Source of the DNA: Antedon mediterranea
Lineage: Eukaryota; Animalia; Echinodermata
Reading direction: 5' to 3'
Length of the DNA stretch: 64,000 nucleotides
Assembly (NCBI RefSeq): GCF_964355755.1
Contig: NC_092672.1
Coordinates: 11,594,001 to 11,658,000 of the forward strand
Under the pieces are notes generated by a model, which was not told where the DNA came from, did not search any database, and worked only from the letters and a program-made list of their open reading frames with translations. Made by a program: the position numbers and the translations under genes. Numbering within the stretch: the stretch's first letter is position 1; every line of letters begins with the position of its first letter. This document shows, one piece after another, positions 41,321-54,420 of the stretch.

Positions 41321-42186
41321 GTGCATATGTTATGCGCGATTTGAACGATTTGCGCAATTTGAAATTGCGCAAAAAAAATCCTTGCGCAATTTGAATTGAA
41401 ACATGTGTTTCAAATTGCGCAAGCAACGTATTAAATTGCGCAAGTAATCTGCAAATTGCGCAAGTTTTTTCGACAGATTGTGAAATCATGCACACCCATA
41501 TTTTTATAGTAATTTCTAATGATTCAAAATTAAAGATAAATATTGTTATAAGTTAGCATACCGTCGAAGAACCGACGAAGGAAAACGAAGCGGTGGTGTT
41601 CCACCAGGCGGGCACGGCGCGGGCGGCCGGCTATACTACTCTAGCCTAGCTAGGGTCTGGACTACTGATACTGACTAGGTTACATGGCCTAGCTTAAACT
41701 AATATTAAAAACTCAATTTTTACATTTATTTTGATTTATTTCAAGTTACAGTGATAGTATTATTTAATTGTAATAATAAATGTTATGTATTTATTATATT
41801 ATACACATGTTATCTTCGCATTTATTATGTTTTATTTTGAGTTATTTAGTTTCCAATAAATTATTATAATACCGATTGTCTGGTAGAATTTTGTTGCGCA
41901 ATTTGAAAATTTACAGTTCGTTTTCAAATTGCGCAAAGGTGTCATATTGCGCAAGAACTATCTTGCGCAATTTACAAATTGTGCAGCGCAATTTAAAATT
42001 GCGCAAAGATTTTCTTGCGCAATTTGAAATTGCGCAAGTTGATTGCGCAATTTGAAATTGCGCAAAAAAATCCTTGCGCAAATTTAAATTGCGCAAGAAT
42101 TCTTTGCGCAATTTCAAATTGCGCAAGGATTTTTTTGCGCAATTTCAAATTGCGCAAATCGTTCAAATCGCGCATAACACATACAC
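41321..42186. mobile_element. Foldback-type element with TGCGCAATTTGAAATTGCGCA palindromic repeat arms
   Basis: TGTTATGCGCGATTTGAACGATTTGCGCAATTTGAAATTGCGCAAAAAAA at the left end is inverted at 42130-42179. No TSD found. Confidence 0.8.
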
Positions 42187-42283
42187 AATTTTATGAACAG
42201 CAAAAATTCGTAAAATTATTCTTCATTTTAACATCTAATTCCAATTGGTTCATCTCAAAATCTTGTTTGATTACCATGCATTT

Positions 42284-42530
42284 TATTCCCAATGGAACAT
42301 GGTCCACTTTATTCCCAATGAAACATGGTCCATTTTCTTTCAAAATGGAACATGATCCATTTTCTTCCCAATGGAACATGGTTTATTTTCTTCCCAATGC
42401 AACATGGTTTATTTCTTCTTAATGGAACATGGTTTATTTTCTTCCCAATGGAACATAGTTCATTTTCTTCCCAATGGAACAGAGTTTATTCTCTAATCTT
42501 TCCAATGGAACATTTTTTTCTCAATGGAAT
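42284..42530. repeat. ~30-bp minisatellite
   Basis: TTCCCAATGGAACATGGTTTATTTTC-type unit, about 8 copies. Confidence 0.85.
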
Positions 42531-42953
42531 TCAATTGGATCTCCTTAGCAATTTAGAGACATGCATTTATTTAATTGCTTTACTCAGGGTGTGAGAAAAA
42601 GAAATTATAACATGTAACAATTTTTGTTTACATAAAATCTCAAAAAGGTTAAAAGGTAATTTAAAGGTAGATATCACTAATATCATTAGAGAAAGGAATA
42701 CCAATGACTGCAATACTAACATTTTACAAAAGTTATTTTCTCAAGCTGAGACAATCCTGGGAAGAACACTGCTAGTATTGTGATAATTTCACTGGTTATA
42801 GAAAATAATATTTAAAATTGAACAAAATATATTCACTTTTCTTACAGATTATTTTAAACAATGTAATTATATTTATTTAGGTAGGAATTAATTGAGAATG
42901 AATTCAAACATTAAGATTGCATTTCAATGCTAAACACATTTATTGCATTTTCA

Positions 42954-45900
42954 TTATTCAGACTTTTTCTCTTCTGTAGCCTTTTCTGTGGGTTGACTTG
43001 CAGTACTAAAAAAAAAAGGTACAAATTAGTAAATAAAAATTGTTGCATCAACATCGGAAGGCTTTTACTTGTCTAATGTCCGAATTAATGAGTACATCAG
43101 GCAATTATTAACTGGTTTTAGTTTACATATACATTAAGAGACCAGCAATTTGATTCATAAAGTAAGTATTTACAGTAGTGCCTCTTAATGTTACTGGTAC
43201 AGTACATTCAAAGATTTTATAATCGAAGGCTAGATTGCAAACTGCAATGTTATTGCAGTTCAAAAAGTGATTCTTTATGGAGGAGGGAACCAACAAGATG
43301 GGGCTGCAATCGACCAATCAGATATGCTCTACGTAGTACGCAGTAATATACGCCTGTGTTGCTTTTATATCAAAGAATGTTTTTGAATACAATTACGGCC
43401 ACCATCTTGTTGGTTCCTCCTGTTGGAATCACTTTTCAGTCTGGAGTACGCCCTCTATGCCCTTTCGGCTTATAACAACTCTCTGTGTCTATTATTTTAG
43501 GTAATGTATGTATTCTCAGGGAAGAGTGGTAATTCTTTTGGTAGTATGGGATCACAAGAATTAACAAATTCTATATTTATTTTTCACACAACCAACGACA
43601 AAATAATAATAAAAAATACACTTAAAATATAATAAGAATCTACTTAAAGAAAGTTTGTTGACATCTTTTGTTAAGCCGAATAATTTTAATTTGTTGTAAA
43701 CAAATTTATCATTAATATTTTATTACTAATAATTATACTCTAACTCACCTTTTGGGTTTTCTAAACATAGGATTAAGAACGAATTGAAATAGTGGTATCC
43801 ATGCCAAGATCACAATGGTCCAAATGTGGTACATGCTCCGGTATACCTTTAATAATACAAACATTGATTATGGTACAGAATCATTAAGGTAACCCCATTA
43901 AGGCACATATCCATACACATTGGGTATGGGTATCAAAAGCACCAGAATTGTACTGGAGAGGTGAGTTGTTGGGGGTGTACTGTGGTAAGAAAATGCAGTT
44001 TTTCAAACTACATTTGAATAGCACCAAAAGAGCATTGGAATGATCTGCATAATAAATTAAGGGGGAACAGAAACGTCAAATGGTACAAAAATGTGTATTA
44101 TAATATCTTTATTATAGAAGAACCAAAATTTTCTTGTTTTCTCTATTGCAGTGGTCGTATTTAACAATCACACTTTATCATTAGGTCACCATAGTCAATA
44201 AATATTTAATTTAATTATCTAAAATCTTAGGATATAGATTTGAAGTTTGAATAGTGAATAAAGCTATATTGGCCTTTTGGTATATTACAGAGCACCTGTC
44301 CCTCAAACCTCTAAATTACTGACTGTACAAGTAATTGAATTTATTACCTCTGAAAACCGATGGTATCTTAACAATGTGAAGGCAACAAGTGCATAACCCA
44401 TTATTGATGTGGTTAGAAAACGACTACAGATATAGGATATTGGCTTTACAACTGGATTATTGAAGAACTTCTTTAACTTGGGACTTTTCTCAATCAGAGA
44501 CGTAACCTAAATAAAGATGAAACAAAAGAATAGGTATGGAGACAAGTTAATCATTTCTGTTTTGCTTTGGACTGTTTTGAGATTAAAAGAGAATGAAATG
44601 AAATTGAAAGATTCAACTTTGTTCAGAGGAACAGTTGGATGTCACCAATTATAAAATTTTTAAGCCTGTCTACACTTTATGTTACAAAAAAATGTGATAT
44701 GCTTATATATGGATACGATATACCACTACCATTATTTGGACACATAACACAATTATTGTCAAACTAGTTTGATACTGTACACAGAGCTTAAAGTTTTACA
44801 TATGATCATGATTTTTAAATGTGATGTTTTTGCCATATTTCTAAAGTTCTGTCTACAAACTTTATGTAACAAAAAAAAAAAAAATGTGATGTGCCCATAT
44901 AATATTATATGGACATGATGATGTCATATCACTACCATATTTGTGCATATCACTACCATATTTGTGCATGTATCACTACCATATTTGGGCACATCACATT
45001 TTTGTTGTCACAAAGTCTGACAGTGTAGACAGAGGTTAAAACAAAATTTTTGTTAAATAGTATTAAATAAAAAGTTTCAACATACATGGTTTTCTAGCTG
45101 AACACAGAGCATTTCTAAGAAGAAACAAACAAAGTAACCAAGGAAGTAACCATGCCAGAGGGCAAGAAAGAGCAATGTCACAGCTTGTGAATATAACTTA
45201 TTTCCTAAGAAACGTAATCGCTTGTAAATATATCTAGAAAAAAAAAAATATTCTAAAATTATATCAACAAACATTTAATTGCAAACTACTACAGTTGGTT
45301 TTTTCTTCTTTTGTTTTTTGGAATTTTTAAAAATTTTAGCAGAGAATTTTATATTATTTTGCAAAAATAAAATTATGATACCTTGCTGCCCACTGGCTGG
45401 TGTTAATGTTGAACGACTCAATCAAGCCTTTCCAACCGCAACTTGATTCATACTTTCGGATTTTAACATTTGCAACGCCGTCCCATTTTACTTTGTTGTT
45501 GTCGTCATAACCATTAAACGCTAAACCACTTAATATGCAGCTTCCCTCCTATTAAGAGAAAACAACAATTCGTAAGCGATGCCACAAAATGAAACTACAA
45601 AATGGAGGGGTTCGATTTGAGACGACCCAGAACCAACCTTGGTCAGGTCAATTTATGTGTTGTAGTCTGGATCTAGACACTACACATACAAAATGAATTT
45701 TATGTCTTTAATAATAATAATAATAATAACAACAACTGGTACTTGATATAGCGCATTATGCTGAAAGCCTCAATGCACTTTACATAGACAGAAAAATTTA
45801 TAAAATTTAAAATTCAAAAGGTGGGTTTTGAGGAGAGATTTGAAGGCACTGGTGAAAGTTGCCTGACGGATGTCAATAGGCAACACATTCCAAAGAGAAA

Positions 45901-48900
45901 CGGATGCAGAAGAAAAAAAAGAAAGATTTCAAAGAGACACCATATCTGTACTATTTGAAATTTATTGATCTGCCTAGAGAGTCACTACAGTGTTTGTTTA
46001 CACTTTTGGTTTCCATTCTGCTGTGCTTTGTGGGGAGAGTGATCTTTTATATCATTCTATTTTTATTATACAACATAATAGAATAAAATGAATAAGATTA
46101 CAATTAAGCTACACTGTTTATAAAGCTGAATTACCTACAAATTGAAAGCGTGAATTCATATTCGTTAATAAGTTAAAATATTTGTGTTTTTTTAACCTCT
46201 CTACTAAACGCATGTTTTATAAAACCACTACCCAGTTATTGTCACTTCGTGGCATCATTAACAAATTCATTAACAATAGTTTGATAAACAAAAATAAATT
46301 AAATTAATTGTAAATGATTTTTGTGATGAACTTTTGATTAAGCAGGTCTTTTAGGTGCAGCGCCTTAAAAATCTATTATGGATATATTTTTAAATTTTTA
46401 TTTATTATTATTGTCTTTAGGTACGGATTACCAAAAGTAAATGAATCACTGTCCTATCATATAGGTGGTAATCCCCTGTTACAAGGGCTGTTTAGCTCAC
46501 CGGGGTAACCCTCTACTCGTTTTGCATGATGAAATGGACACCATCGGGCTACCGATAATGAAATTTTAATAATGGTAAAAAAAAAAGTAATGTTGGGAAG
46601 AGTTGGTCTGGAGGAGTCTGGTTTGTGAAGAGTTTTCCGGAGAGTTATATAGGGAGAGTATATAAATCAGTCAAACGTAAGAAAATTCCCAAAAATTCAA
46701 AATACGAAATATAATAATATACTCACAGCAAACAACCAGATGGATATGTACCTTGCGATTAGTACTCGTCCCCAGATACAAACAAAGAATATTTTGTAGA
46801 ATAAAGACGAGTCCTAAAAATAATGTAAATACAAGTAAAATTATTATTTAAATAATCATATTCCCCCAACCCCTGATCCAATTTTTGATAAGCGTGGTTC
46901 CCACTAGCAATGCAAAAAGAACATGGAGATTGAGTTTTAGTTGTACATCTAGTACAGGGCAGTATTTTAATTTTTATATATTATAAGTTAAATTCTACTT
47001 ATATACACTGAATGCGACTATAAATTGATTCATTCACAATTACAGTGTTATTATTGTTGAATCAGCAAAATAGTCAGTCAGTGGAGTAAATTTTAAGTGG
47101 CAAATGTTTTTTGAATGTTTTTAATATTTCTGCCAGGAAAGCAATTATTTTGTAATCTATGTACGGTAGGAATAACCTAATATTAAAAACTAATTTATTT
47201 TAAACATTGTTGATTTTTTAATATATAAAAGATTCCTAACAATCCAAACAATTCTTTCTTTATTTATTTTATATTAAAATAATGTATGGATTTTTAAATT
47301 GATTTAATACATCACTATTTTAGACTGTAAAATTATTTACATACGTTAAACTCTTGACTGGAAAGGAATTCCGTAGGAAATAGAGAGCCTAGGATAGTGT
47401 GCGCCATTGCATACACAACTCCCATGAATAAGCGTTTCAAAGCTGGAATCGTTGTAGCTGGAGGTTTGCCATCAGAATTTGCCAAAAACTTCTCATCAAC
47501 AAAGTCTTGGAAACGTCGCATAGGAAACTATGAATGAAAACTAAAATAGTTTAAAAATTAATTCTTACGTTAAAGATGTATTGTCCCCCTGAAAAAAATA
47601 ATTATTAACAATTTTTTTTTTAAATATACCATTTTAATGTCACATAATAGTTATCCACTTTGACCAAAAAATAGATCGAAAAAAAATGTATTTACCTTAA
47701 AAAACTGTAATTTAAAGTAAAAAATAGTCAAATTGGCTGCCAGCCAATGGATTTTTGGTTAAATTTAACCATTTATTTTGTCATTTTATAAGTGAAAACA
47801 TTGATTTTTTTCTTTTTTTTTCTACTGAAGTGATTAACTTTATTAAAACTACAAAATAACCTATTCAAAGTCTGATTTAATTAATCTTCATTTTTCATGT
47901 TTTTGGGGGACAATACATCTTTAAGGCTCATTTACAGTAGGATGATACTGATGGCCAATAAATAGATAACTGTGCATTTTTTCTACATAAAACAAAAGAA
48001 TTTTAAAAGTTTTCATTCTAGAACTATAAGATTACCATCTATGCTGCTTTTGATGAAAATACTGAAATGTATTCACTCAATCAAATGATGAGCAATAATA
48101 TCGTGATGGTACTGTTCTAGTAGTTTTACTACGCCTAGTAGTTTTCAAAATAGAAAAATGTGTAATTTGACCCCTATGACCTTAAAACCCCTTAAAAAGT
48201 ATGTTTCACTGAACTGATTTTGGTAGATTTTGGAAATGATCTTCCCAGATGCTTATAGAATCAAATAAAAAAGGTTTGGAAACTATTGCAATTTGTTTTG
48301 TTATACGCCATTTTTTGTCATAGATTGACTGGACTATATTGATCATGATCTCATTTAATTGAATTTTTACAAATATTATCTTTATAGGGTTATCCTATAG
48401 TTCTAGAATGTAAACTGTTTAGATGTCTTTTGTTTTATGTTAGACAAATTTATGTTTTTTTATTTATCGTCTATCGTCCTAGTGTTAATGGGCCTTTATT
48501 AATTATGATTTATCCTAATATGATGAAACTAAAAAATATAATGACCTATTTATGCTAATGTCCTGCTACATAAAAGGTGTGGCAATATTAGAGGAAATAC
48601 TAAAACAAATACTGATTGGTGGATTAAAATCTCAAACTAGGTTAATTACTGTATATGCAATTGTTGAAAGAAAACATGATTATGTAAAAAGTCCTCCAAG
48701 AACGTTAATTACACCAGTAATTAGTACTACAGTACCAACCAGAACGTCTGGCGAAAAAGCGTCGTACGCGTCAAAAAATTGGACTTATTCTGGATGCATT
48801 CAAATTGGGGGGTTACGGGTTCTTCTGGTCGGTACTGTACTACTACTAAATGATATTATCGCGCCTGTATTAGAATTAATTATGTGCAATAGAATGCAAA

Positions 48901-51709
48901 TAATTCTTACAAACTTAATATTTTATTTCAAATGTTAAACAATGACTGCAATCAACATACTTGTGGTCCTACTAAATAGCCCCCAAAATAGAAGGTATAA
49001 CTGGTGATCTCCAACAGACTTGGTGCGGCTTTGATACATAGCTGACTTTGCTCTTTTGAAAGTTCTCCCTATATAAACAAAACACAGAAAATAAATTCAT
49101 AAACATATTATTAGGATTTCAAAATCAGGTGGAATTGAAGTTGTCAATTTTGATATTCACACATAAAAAATCTGTTTGTAAGAAATATAATTATAAAGGA
49201 TTTTCTCACACCCTTTGTATCACGAATTGAGTGCAACTAACAGAACCGACCGCTTACACCCCAAGAGTGTGTCGTAATAAAGAAAGTTAATGCAACATTT
49301 TACCGATGATTTCCTCATATTTATTTGTAAATTCTATTTTTCGTTTTGTTTTAACCTCTGTACAGTATAAATTATTATTTTAGCACAATAAAATTGAATT
49401 TAAAACAACTTACGATAATAAATTGAGTGTACTCACCTGTGGACGGTGGCCATCATAGAGGTCAAAGGCCAATCCAATCAGTCGTAAACACATAATGCAT
49501 TGTGGGGTAGTCCATAGGATGTCATAGTCATCAGTGGATACAACGAGGTAGGCTATCACTAGGTATGACTTACATTTAAAGTAAAATAAAATTTAATAAA
49601 CTTTTCCATCAATTATTTAGTAAATTATATAAAATATAAAAAAGTAGTTACCTTTAAGTCCCCCTCTCAATATTTATAAAGACAAATACTACATGGTAAA
49701 TTAATACAAAACAATGGTTGTAAATTCTGCCTATTTAGTCTTTTTGTTTAGCATTTTGATATATACCGTTAAAAGAATTATTTCCTGATACTTTACACAC
49801 ACCTTAATTAGTTTATCATAGTACATGAAAAACAAGAAAAGCTGTTTGATTTGATATTAAAGTGCCTTTAACTAACGTTTGTCCTTAGACAAAGGTATAG
49901 AATTTATATAGAATTATCTGTAATTATTAATCATAATTTAGGCTAAATACGTATGATGCTGTTTTTCAGTGTAACATGTTATGTAACTGAGGCCCTTTTT
50001 GTTTATCAACATTTTAAGTTCACTTAGGTTGACCCTGGTCTCCCCAATTTCAGTTTTTTTTGTTATGTATATACTCAAATAGACCAAATAAATAATGAAA
50101 TGAAATATAACATACACATTTGCCTTTTAGGACCTGTTTCTGTTGCAACTGCTCAAAATACGGTATTTTTTATACCGTATTTTCAGTTGGCCAGACATTT
50201 TAGCTTTTATAGATACTTACGAGGTTGAATGTAAAAGAGATGATGACCATTGGTAATGTTCCACCCAAGATCGCAAGTATTAAGTAGTTTGCCAAAATGT
50301 TAATCAAGGAATGGTACAAGTAGATTCCTGAAAATTAACATTTTAGAATTATTGTAAATATACAAACAGTACAAACAATCTACAATAAAAATAAATCAAA
50401 GAATAGAATAATTATTTAATTATCTAATATTGTTGTATACTGTACTGCACAATCAATTATAAATATATTATATATTTCAAGATGCCGTTAAAAGTAAAAC
50501 TAAAATGTTATAGTTTGAAATTACAAGATACATACCATAGCAGAAGTATGAAATAATAAGACCAGTTACCGAGAAGTAAACATGCTTAACTGTTGAACTT
50601 TTTCCGTGTAAAAAATCCCTCTGAAACCATGCCAATAAATAACCTGAAATATGTAAAAAAATATATATATATTCAGAGCCGAGCACCTGAAGATTGAGTT
50701 CATACTCATTAAACAGCCTGTAGTGCAATAAAATGTTCAGTTGGTAATTTACTAGCGTCTTTATCATTTATTTATATTTGGCTCTACATTTTGTATTGAG
50801 CACTTTCGCTTGTCATGATCTGCGTTAAATTTACCACAATTTATATATATTGTCATATATTTAGTTGCAAGCCTGTAGCCAAAATTAGAGGGATTTATTT
50901 TTCCACAAATGGAGCAATAATCGCCATGAGAATTGTACACCATGCAATTCAGTGTTTTAGATGCTACTGTATATTAATTAAAACGGGACCCACCATTAAA
51001 ACATATAAAGATATGGTATATCAATTTATTTTCTTATATTATATTGAGGATTCGAAAAATACAAATACATTAAAATAAAGTACATGATTGAATAGTTAAA
51101 ATATCTTTTAAACAATCATTTGTTTTTGCCTTAAACGGTCAGATTTAGCCTATAAAAGTTGAAAGTTTTGGCCAAAAACATCATGACATTAGCATTTGTC
51201 GTTTCATCGAAAACGTTTTTCTGATGGCGGCTCAACTTGGCTTAATTAATCACCACCACCTGTGTGTGAACCCCAGCAGGGCCAGGCTAGGCTAGTACCG
51301 GTAGGCCCCTACTAGCTAGCTAGGTTATGATATGATGGAAATAGACCTAGGCCTATCTATGTTATGGGCTAGTAGGCCTATGTGCTACTGGCCTACTGGC
51401 TAGGCACTACCTAGCCTAGGGATGTCTAGGATAGGCTTGTCCTCCTTCAGCTCCTGCTTACTACAAAGGCTAGGCCTAGGCCCTCTTAGGCCTACTACTA
51501 GCTAGTCCTAGGCTAGCCTAGTAGTATAGGCCTACTAGTACTAGCCTAGGCCTAGTAGGCCTAGCCTAGGCCTAGATAGGCTAGGCGGCCTAGCCTAAAA
51601 GTTAAAGGCCCTAGGCCTACTTACCACACAGTACTGCAAACAACAGTCGTATCCCTGGTTCTGGAATTTCAGTAAGATTTGAAATATACTGCAACAAATA
51701 TCCCAACAT
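42954..51709 (-). CDS. LPCAT3: Lysophospholipid acyltransferase 5 (LPCAT3/MBOAT5); 12 coding exons
   Basis: Exons 51709-51625, 50643-50536, 50327-50221, 49568-49437, 49068-48961, 47527-47345, 46813-46727, 45548-45382, 45233-45086, 44506-44348, 43846-43749, 43005-42954. Motifs DYDILWTTPQC..LRLIGLAFDLYDG, FGGYLVGPQF, SFNINTSQWAARYIYKRLRFLGNK, FLALWHG (catalytic His); C-terminal KKSE ER-retrieval signal. Confidence 0.96.
45709..45900 (-). mobile_element. L2 LINE 3' end remnant
   Basis: Minus translation LWNVLPIDIRQATFTSAFKSLLKTHL (L2 ORF2 C-terminus), followed by a 3' tail with (TTA)n. Confidence 0.75.
47574..47920. mobile_element. Kolobok-like MITE with TTAA TSD
   Basis: TTAA|AGATGTATTGTCCCC ... 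GGGGACAATACATCT|TTAA. A related inverted partial copy lies at ~1370-1690. Confidence 0.85.
48730..48837. mobile_element. Tc1/mariner-type MITE
   Basis: TA|CAGTACCAACCAGAA ... TTCTGGTCGGTACTG|TA. Confidence 0.7.
51280..51620. repeat. TAGGCCTA/CTAG-rich tract directly after LPCAT3 exon 1
   Basis: Dense AGGCCTAG/GCTAGG motifs abutting the intron-1 donor at 51624. Confidence 0.85.
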
Positions 51710-53064
51710 TTTCGCTAAATAATTATTGAATTTTATTAACTAAAAACACCACCACTAGGCCTCAGGAGGCTAGATAGTAGAGGTACGTACGGTAGATAGG
51801 CCAGGTAGGTGTTCAGAGGGAGCACGCCACACGCATGGGGGGCTTTACGTTTACACAATTGAAAAAAATCGTACGATTTCATGAATTGCGCCCCCTCTCC
51901 CAAATCGATTGACAATATGACACGCTACACACGTCAAAAAGTTGCGTACACTGTTAGGAAATCCCTACTAACTGTACATTTTATTATTTTGTATTTTCTG
52001 ACTACTGTACCAGCAATGCATGAACAAATAAAACAAATGAATAACAATTTTACTGAATATTGACATAACTCGAAAACTGTCGCCAATAAATTCAGTTTTC
52101 GTTTTATGTCAATTTTCAGTAATAAATGTTTGTCGTAACCATAATATTATACGAATTTGGAAACTTGTACGGCCCAAAAAACTGTTCTGTAACTTTTTAT
52201 TGTAGGCCTAATTGTCCAGAGTTAATGATAATTATCTAAAATATAATCATTTAAAATTACACACGCAAGCAATTTTAACACACGTTTTAGAAAACTTTTC
52301 TAAAGTAAGCCTATTGATTTATAGTGAAATATTCAAGGTCACTTCTAGAAATTAAACATTCAAAACTTCAAACATAAAGAGTAATGACATGGTTATAATG
52401 ATCGTTGAACTTTATTGACATACAGGTAGGCTACAACAGCAAACAAGAAGAGGCCTAATAATAGTAGGCTACAGATTAACTTTGTTTTCAACTACTTTAA
52501 ATTTTGCAATCGACATAACCAGTGCTGTAATGTTTATGCTCCTAAAATAGTAGTTTAGGCCTATTTTCATTTTAAAATGTCTATTATCAGGAATTTTCTG
52601 TGTATTCGAATTATTTTACCAATAATGTGAAAGTAAGGCCCCATGCTCACATGTTGACATCCTTATCATAGTCCCGCTAAACTCATTTCAGCTTCTTAGA
52701 GGATAGGATAATATTTCATGGATTTAGAGTCACTGTTTTATATATAGAACTTTATTGCAAAAGGAAACCACAATCTAATCTATTCACTACCGCATCTTTA
52801 TTCTTAGTCATCTGTTTTCCAGGTCTTCCAGAATAGTTTTCTACCTTTACTTAATAGTTGAACAAGAAATCCCTTTATCAACCTCGCATGTCTCATAAAT
52901 AAAGGTAAATTAAATTGATAGGCACGCCAGTCATGTTTTGATCGTAAATTATCTACATTCAGCTGCAGTTTTTAATCATAAATTCCGCCACAGTTATCGA
53001 TATCGGTAGCTAGTTTACCGAAAAGAACATCCAGAATAGTTTACGTTAAAACTCATCTAAAATT

Positions 53065-53769
53065 ATGTTACGTTTTTGTTTTGCAACTGTGTATATTCTG
53101 TTTGCTGTTCAAGCACAAACTGGATCATTTGCAGCACTTTTATACAAACCTCCAAATAATGTCAACGTGCGAGTTGGCGAGACTTTTAATTTAAGCTGTG
53201 GAATATCATATCAAACTGAAGGTGAAAACCGTGCTTGGATTCGATACATAGATAATAACCCTTTTATTCTGAGCGTAGCTGACGGTAATTACGGACCGAA
53301 CAAACTTAGGCAAACGGTAGCGAAAACCACGGAATATGCGATCATTATTCGAGATGCTGTTTCTTCCGACGAAGGATTTTACGAATGCGGAGTTCTTGAC
53401 AGATCGCTGTATACACCACTGGCAACTGCAATAGTAACAGTTATAGAAGTTGCAACAGAATACGTTACGCCAACAGTCCTGCAGAAAACCGAACTGCAAA
53501 CATCACAGTTTGGCAGACATAAAAACAAGACGATTACTCAGTTGCCTCCGACTTGGACAACCAACCAAGTGCGAACCGTATCAGTGGGCCTAAGAGGAGA
53601 CGAATTGCAAGATACGACAGACACGTACACGATCAGTGAAATGATTTCAATGGAATTCAATGTTACTTTACACGATATGGATGTGACATATGAAAATGGG
53701 AAATCAAAGTTGTTGATAAGTTGTGAACAACTCTTTTTTGTTTTAATGTTTGCATTTTTTGTGGACTGA
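53065..53769 (+). CDS. Single-Ig-domain surface protein, copy 1 (signal peptide, Ig, Thr-rich stalk, hydrophobic C-terminal GPI-like signal)
   Basis: Intronless 234-aa ORF: MLRFCFATVYILFAVQAQTG; FNLSC..RAWIR..IIIRDAVSSDEGFYEC; ends LFFVLMFAFFVD. Confidence 0.88.
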   Translation: MLRFCFATVYILFAVQAQTGSFAALLYKPPNNVNVRVGETFNLSCGISYQTEGENRAWIRYIDNNPFILSVADGNYGPNKLRQTVAKTTEYAIIIRDAVSSDEGFYECGVLDRSLYTPLATAIVTVIEVATEYVTPTVLQKTELQTSQFGRHKNKTITQLPPTWTTNQVRTVSVGLRGDELQDTTDTYTISEMISMEFNVTLHDMDVTYENGKSKLLISCEQLFFVLMFAFFVD

Positions 53770-54007
53770 TGGAATCGCTAAAAGGGACATCAATAATTAT
53801 TTTAGTAATACAGTACATCTTTTCTTTTACAGTAACTTATATGATGCCTAATAAGTAGTGGTTATAGTATTGTAATTATGTAACAGGCCTATAATGTAAC
53901 TTTGAGAGATATTGTTGTTATGCTTAAATTGTATAAAATAAGGTACCGGTATAAAATACATGGATGACGATTATTAAATAAAATTTAAAGTTGATCAGTT
54001 TTCGAAA

Positions 54008-54420
54008 ATGTTTGTTTGTTTGTTTGTGTTTATACTGGGCGACCTCTTCAGTCAAAGACTGGTCTCCCAGAGGGCCCAGTTGGTGATCAGTGGTAACCCC
54101 TTACTCGTCTCGAAAGATGTACTAGGTTCTTTAAAGTGCACACGAGCTAGATGTGTACACTGGTGGACCTACGGTTTATAGTCCTTATCCAAGAAGACTC
54201 GTAAAGCTTGGTTCCCACTAGAACGTAACTCAAGGACGTAAACGCAACGCAAGCGTTTTAACCAATGACATGCGAAGTTATAGGCAGTTAGCAATCACAA
54301 GCGAATAAGCGTCCTTGTGTTGCGTCGCCAGTGGGAACCACGCATTATACCACCAGAACCATGGAGTGAGTGAGCCTCGAACCCCCGCCGATGTTATGGC
54401 TACGGATAAGCACGGTATTT
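54008..54420 (-). mobile_element. tRNA-derived SINE interrupted by a MITE (54205-54344)
   Basis: On minus: B-box-like GGGTTCGAGGC near 54375-54385, a central segment (GGTTCTTTAAAGTGCAC..ACCTACGGTTTATAGTCCTTATCC on plus) and an (AAAC)n tail at 54009-54030. Confidence 0.55.

Noticed and set aside
41911-42594. Multiple ORFs (LRNLKLRK..., NGTWFIFFP...)
   Set aside because: Products of palindromic and minisatellite repeats.
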